Under the pieces are notes generated by a model. The model saw only the letters and a program-made list of their open reading frames with translations. It was not told the DNA's origin and made no database searches. The translations under genes were made by a program, and so were the position numbers. A stretch of 64,000 nt of DNA from a virus (taxonomy: Duplodnaviria > Caudoviricetes). Position 1 is the stretch's first letter. Each line of letters opens with the position of its first letter. Positions 60,435 through 64,000 of this stretch are shown here, piece after piece. Where the stretch lies: the IMG/VR virus record IMGVR_UViG_3300021400_001148, positions 290,810-354,809 of that record; one strand, 5' to 3'.

Positions 60435-60473
60435 AACCTCCCTCGCAGTCCCAACTAAGATGGAGGTTTTTTT
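60435..60473 (+). terminator. terminator or attenuator hairpin
   Basis: AACCTCC/GGAGGTT plus T-run. Confidence 0.6.
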
Positions 60474-60492
60474 GTGGGCTTAGATTCTAATT

Positions 60493-60537
60493 TGCGCCGA
60501 GTTTCCCAGAGATTAAAATATTGTTTGTATATTTGCA
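60493..60537 (+). promoter_or_regulatory. TGCGCC-N29-TATATTTG promoter of the RNA island
   Basis: Boxes at 60493-98 and 60528-35. Confidence 0.75.
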
Positions 60538-60562
60538 TTGTCAAACGACACGAAGGCAAGAC

Positions 60563-60634
60563 ACTTCCATAGTTCAACGGATAGAACGGAAGTTTCCTAA
60601 ACTTTAAATCGAGGTTCGATTCCTCGTGGGAGTA
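60563..60634 (+). tRNA. tRNA-Arg(CCT)
   Basis: Cloverleaf; GAAGT-TTCCTAA-ACTTT; GGTTCGATTCC. Confidence 0.9.
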
Positions 60635-60652
60635 CATAGTTCATTGAAATAC

Positions 60653-60838
60653 AAAAAAAACATTCGGTAGAAATTGCAGGTTCAAGGCCTGTTCTGAGGC
60701 GGATGACGGCGAACTAGGATGTATCTTGATAGTGTTAAATCCCGTGCCAGCCTTGTTAGGGAGTTGCTGTTAAGTAAGGTCGGCTACTGATAAAACTGCT
60801 AATCGTAGCGCTGCGATAAAGTATGAATGTTTTTTTTT
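60653..60838 (+). ncRNA. structured RNA A with T-arm-like hairpin
   Basis: 13-bp closing stem A8CATTC/GAATGT8; GCAGG-TTCAAGG-CCTGT. Confidence 0.5.
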
Positions 60839-60842
60839 AGAT

Positions 60843-60984
60843 TTAACTAACCGAGGTTCAAGAAAGCTGTGGTAATTTGCATTAAGTCCATGGAAATCCT
60901 TGAGACGGAGCCCTAAGTTGAATGCAATCGACAAGAAAGGTAGATGTGGGGGTCGCTGGAACTGCGATAGGGTAGGTTAGTTAA
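60843..60984 (+). ncRNA. structured RNA B
   Basis: Perfect 10-bp closing stem TTAACTAACC/GGTTAGTTAA; internal TTGCATT/AATGCAA. Confidence 0.5.
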
Positions 60985-60989
60985 CATAT

Positions 60990-61063
60990 GCCTCCATAGC
61001 TCAGTTGAATAGAGCGTCTGGCTACGAACCAGGAGGTCCGAGGTTTGAATCCTCGTGGGGGTA
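60990..61063 (+). tRNA. tRNA-Arg(ACG)
   Basis: Cloverleaf; TCTGG-CTACGAA-CCAGG; T-loop TTTGAAT. Confidence 0.9.
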
Positions 61064-61070
61064 CAAAATC

Positions 61071-61159
61071 TGCGGTTTAAAAAACCTTCAGGCGGCTGAA
61101 AAGGGTAAAACCGATGTGAGGTTAAGGCTGACCCTCGCAACCCGTTAGGGTAAACCGCA
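61071..61159 (+). ncRNA. structured RNA C
   Basis: 9-bp closing stem TGCGGTTTA/TAAACCGCA with three internal hairpins. Confidence 0.5.
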
Positions 61160-61170
61160 ACGGAAAATAT

Positions 61171-61386
61171 GAGCAAAGCCCCCGGGGGCGGAATGAAAAC
61201 CGTTAGATTGGTCCGGGGTGGTGCTGAAAGTAGTGTAAAAACAGGATAGTGATGCGGACTGCGCAATCCCGCACACTTCCTGAGTCGGTAACAAGACACC
61301 GGTTTGTGGGGAGTCGAGGCCCCCGTTGACGGGAGGACCGCGAAATCAGGAAAAACGCTAGTGGTTCGAATCCACCTTGCTCACCA
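61171..61386 (+). ncRNA. tRNA-mimic RNA D (~216 nt)
   Basis: GAGCAA/TTGCTC acceptor stem, GTGGTTCGAATCCAC T-arm, encoded ACCA end, large structured interior. Confidence 0.6.
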
Positions 61387-61408
61387 ATATAGTTCTTTGA
61401 AAATATAG

Positions 61409-61468
61409 GAAGACTTACAGCAATGTTAGAATTATGTCATGATTACAGAAGAGTACGTGTCTTCACCA
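61409..61468 (+). ncRNA. ACAGCAA small RNA E
   Basis: GAAGAC-TT-ACAGCAAT...GTCTTC-ACCA. Confidence 0.55.
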
Positions 61469-61500
61469 GAAAAGAAAAGCCTTCCTTAAAAATATCCGAA

Positions 61501-61652
61501 GATGTGTTGAAACGCGGCACAGACCACAGTAAGCCGGGAGACACGAGGGAATAGTCTAATTCTCCCGGAGGGCCAAGTCAGTGACGACTGCCAAGTCCCT
61601 TCTCAGACCGCATATAAAAGGCAGAACGGAGACGGTCCGGTTGCCATACATC
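61501..61652 (+). ncRNA. structured RNA F
   Basis: GATGTG/TACATC closing stem; CCGGGAGA/TCTCCCGG, GACC/GGTC, GGCA/TGCC. Confidence 0.45.
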
Positions 61653-61692
61653 TCTTTGGAAATATCAAGAAAGCTTACAAGCGCGTCGCCGA

Positions 61693-61766
61693 GGACTGGA
61701 ATAATGGCACACGCACCGGGACGAAGTCCAGTTTGTACCCCGGGGTCAGGTTAGCTTTGCCTGACA
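61693..61766 (+). ncRNA. pseudoknot-like element G
   Basis: GGACTGGA/TCCAGTTT stem; loop CCGGG pairs downstream CCCGG; then GTCAGG/CCTGAC hairpin. Confidence 0.35.
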
Positions 61767-61769
61767 TAT

Positions 61770-61842
61770 GCTCCGGTAGCTCAGTGGACAGAGCAACAGC
61801 CTTCTAAGCTGTGGGTCCTGCGTTCGAATCGCAGCCGGAGTA
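61770..61842 (+). tRNA. tRNA-Arg(TCT)
   Basis: Cloverleaf; ACAGC-CTTCTAA-GCTGT. Confidence 0.92.
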
Positions 61843-61864
61843 CGAAACAAAGTTTTTGAATTTT

Positions 61865-61909
61865 TGCGCCGAAGATGCAAACATATGAAAAAATGTTTGT
61901 ATATTTGCA
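61865..61909 (+). promoter_or_regulatory. TGCGCC-N29-TATATTTG promoter
   Basis: Boxes at 61865-70 and 61900-07. Confidence 0.75.
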
Positions 61910-61944
61910 AAACAAAACGAGATAGTTCTTTGAAAAATAGAAAA

Positions 61945-62765
61945 TGGCGGGCTTCCCGTCAATAGGATAACCTGCGAATACATAAGCAGGAAAAGTTGGG
62001 GTGAGTTGTTCACGAGATAAGCACCCCGGCGGAGGATGAAAGTCCTCTCCGTGAGAAAGCCGTTCTTTAAGCCCTTTGTGGCGTAGGTTCGTGCAGGGCC
62101 GATAGCATTGGGTGGAGGCGTCAACCGCGTCTCCTTGGGAGGTAACTCCGACACAGCGGAACGCATAAACTCCGAAAGATTGCCAGTCTTACAGAGTTTG
62201 TGAAGAAAGTTTTAATCGTCCTATTCAGCAGCCAATGCTGTGTGCTGTGTGGCAACAGTATCAGAAATGGTAGGAGGAATGAATGAGTATAGTAAGTAGC
62301 CTTGGCCGGTGAAAGCAGAAAGGTGTACATACCTACGCTACTCAAAAGGTAGTATGGTATTGGAGCACAGCCACATCTTTCAAAACGGTTAATCTTGTGA
62401 GATATTTGAAGAAATTTTAAATATTCAAAACAAGCAAAAGTGCTGTGCACTCTGTGTGACAATGCAGTTATCCACCTGATGCAATATGGTGGCTGCCGAG
62501 AGTACCGCAAGGAAATCGCAGAAACGAACGGAGTATGCAACTTGTCGGAGGGTCGCGCCTCCTCATCCCGCAAGGAGCAAGGGCTGAAACAAGTAATTTA
62601 TATAGCACAGAGTAGTTGTTGCGGAACTTAAATCCGTCTGCATCTCGCCTATCTTTGGAAACAAGGATGTGTTCTAGTCCCGAAAGGGATGAAAATGGCG
62701 AGCGATGAGGGTCAAGACTCAGCCCAAATCATTTGGCTCATTGAGGGCGAAACCTCGTTGGGTCA
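61945..62765 (+). ncRNA. large ornate RNA, GOLLD/ROOL-like
   Basis: ~800 nt with no credible ORF; many GNRA hairpins; long-range pairs such as AATAGGAT/GTCCTATT and GTGCTGTGT/ATATAGCAC; among tRNAs. Confidence 0.55.
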
Positions 62766-62768
62766 CAA

Positions 62769-62874
62769 ATAGCCCCAGTGTGATGGCGTAGTCGCCCGTG
62801 GCCGGTCATTGTTTTCCTCCTTCTTACCCGACCGGCGTTTTATTTGTTCGGGTGCGGCTTTAACTGGGGGTTAT
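62769..62874 (+). ncRNA. rod-like RNA I with pyrimidine (CCUCCUU) loop
   Basis: AGCCCCAGT/ACTGGGGGTT and GCCGGTC/GACCGGC stems. Confidence 0.55.
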
Positions 62875-62947
62875 GGGAGAGTAGCGCAATGGTTAGAGCA
62901 ATTGACTGTTAATCAATAGGTTATAGGTTCGAGTCCTATCTCTCCCG
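62875..62947 (+). tRNA. tRNA-Asn(GTT)
   Basis: Cloverleaf; ATTGA-CTGTTAA-TCAAT. Confidence 0.92.
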
Positions 62948-62964
62948 CACAAGTTCATTGAAAG

Positions 62965-63184
62965 TTCTGGTTCTGGTCCATCCTCAGGGAGGGGATGCCG
63001 GCCGGAGAAGTGACAAAGAGAATGGCCAAGTATAAAATTGCCGCCAACTGCAGTGGTGTTAAATAATATACCGGACCAAAGGTTGAGTAACTCAATATCT
63101 GGCATTGACTATAGCACGCGCCAGTGTAAAAAACCTCCGTGAAAGGTGCAAATCTAAGGCACATCTACTTCTTTTGAACCAGAA
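62965..63184 (+). ncRNA. structured RNA J
   Basis: 9-bp closing stem TTCTGGTTC/GAACCAGAA; TGGTCC/GGACCA; CATCCTC/GGGGATG. Confidence 0.5.
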
Positions 63185-63187
63185 TAA

Positions 63188-63276
63188 GTTTTCGGGTCGC
63201 CCCCGGAAACAGCCGTGACAGGTGTTGGAAGTTGACACGCCCACAAGGGAGAACCATTTCGCTAATGGGTTGCGGC
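63188..63276 (+). ncRNA. structured element K (hairpin plus 4-way junction)
   Basis: GTTTTCGGG/CCCGGAAAC; GCCGTGAC/GTTGCGGC closing three small arms. Confidence 0.4.
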
Positions 63277-63300
63277 GCTAAATCAGAGGTCTTTGACAAT

Positions 63301-63552
63301 ACTGAGGAAATTTACAGCTGTACTGCGAACGGCCCCGCAAGGGCTTGAAGATGTCTCCTGTACAGACACGCATAGTTTCCGGCAATCCCTTACCGTCGTG
63401 ATGATGGTAGAACTCACCGCATATATCGTGATGCAGGAGAAATGGTGATTCGCCCGGGCAATGGAATTCATCGCTCCATTCGGGCAGTTACTCTTCCGAA
63501 AAGGAAAGAGTCGGAAACTGTGTATGAGATGGTATTTGGCTAGTATTTCGGC
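63301..63552 (+). ncRNA. structured RNA L with pseudoknot
   Basis: 13-bp GCATAGTTTCCGG/TCGGAAACTGTGT; 9-bp TCTCCTGTA/TGCAGGAGA crossing it. Confidence 0.5.
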
Positions 63553-63652
63553 ACTCTATGGGACTCATTTCTCCGCGAATAGCAGAGAGTAATGGCTAGG
63601 GCATCCTTAAAATGGGTGATAACCACAATAAATGCTGGAAGAAAACCTGTTT

Positions 63653-63688
63653 GTCCCCGTAGCTCAGTTGGTAGAGCACCACACTTTT
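63653..63688 (+). tRNA. tRNA-Lys(TTT) 5' exon (3' exon beyond window)
   Basis: GTCCCCG-TA-GCTC-AGTTGGTA-GAGC-A-CCACA-CT-TTT followed by non-tRNA sequence. Confidence 0.75.
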
Positions 63689-64000
63689 GAAAAATTGAAA
63701 CTTTGTGTTGAAAGATACATTGAAAATCCTCCCTAATTCGGTGAAGACTTAACAGATTAGTAAAACCATGGACTTTATGGCACAAATAGGAACCCATCAT
63801 ATGGTAATCCTTAAATCCATAAACAAAACTTAATTGAAAGGGGATAGTGTAATGTGACCCTACTTCGTGGTTAAATTTACTAATGCTGATGTTAATACCG
63901 AGCCAATGTTATTTCGTGCAACCCAATAACACCTTTGAGTGTTTGAAAACTTGACTATTAAATTAGTATACAGTTGCAATAAGCGAATAGACAGTGTGTA
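63689..64000 (+). mobile_element. group I intron (partial) in the tRNA anticodon loop
   Basis: P-like AATTCGGTGAA(63735-45), Q-like AATACCGAGCC(63894-904), P4 TTCGGT/ACCGAG, extended P5. Confidence 0.8.

Noticed and set aside
61171-61386. canonical tmRNA
   Set aside because: Too short, no GGGG 5' end or G3-U70, no evident tag ORF.
62030-62052. RNase P RNA (GGAGGATGAAAGTCC resembles GAGGAAAGUCC)
   Set aside because: It forms a local GAAA-capped hairpin, and the 3' P4 partner motif was not found.
60634-62965. theta/HDV-like ribozymes at tRNA 3' ends
   Set aside because: The nested double-pseudoknot pattern could not be built by eye after any tRNA; a descriptor search is still advisable.
63455-63490. 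fluoride riboswitch (GGCAATGGAATTC)
   Set aside because: Forms a simple hairpin; the downstream pseudoknot partner and a regulated gene are absent.
60455-63800. ORFs listed in the RNA island
   Set aside because: Mostly antisense to tRNAs or structured RNAs, with no protein-like composition.
1-64000. CRISPR array, DGR or retron
   Set aside because: No regularly spaced repeats, no reverse transcriptase and no TR/VR pair seen.

Overview
A 64-kb segment of a large contractile-tailed (T4-like baseplate) phage, most likely infecting an anaerobic Bacteroidales host. The host call rests on TAnnTTTG promoters, no Shine-Dalgarno use, class III RNR and a fimbrillin/DUF3575 locus. The genetic code is standard. 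Contents in order: a RecA/UvsX C-terminus; a type V pilus-like surface locus; fibre-like and head-associated proteins; replication genes (5'-3' exonuclease, DnaB-like helicase, nrdD/nrdG); a ~20-kb baseplate/tail block; a DUF2828/TROVE-like vWA protein; SNF2 helicase, primase, SbcD, RuvC and SbcC; a sigma-70 factor; holin- and spanin-like genes; ClpP; a 276-bp IS605-derived element; and an ART-fold protein. From ~60.5 kb there is a non-coding island. It holds four complete tRNAs, a tRNA-Lys interrupted by a group I intron, an ~800-nt GOLLD/ROOL-like RNA and about ten other self-enclosed structured RNAs, punctuated by boxA-like motifs. The best candidate for a new system is an RNA element with the layout [stem]-NN-ACAGCAAU-loop-[stem]. 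It occurs as a CCA-ended small RNA in the island and again as a leader enclosing the start codon of the DUF2828/TROVE-like gene. This suggests a Ro60/Y-RNA-like ribonucleoprotein with autoregulation. Also notable are a fixed-spacing TGCGCC-N29-TATATTTG promoter and a protein-silent IS insertion. All structures were paired by eye; no searches or folding programs were run.
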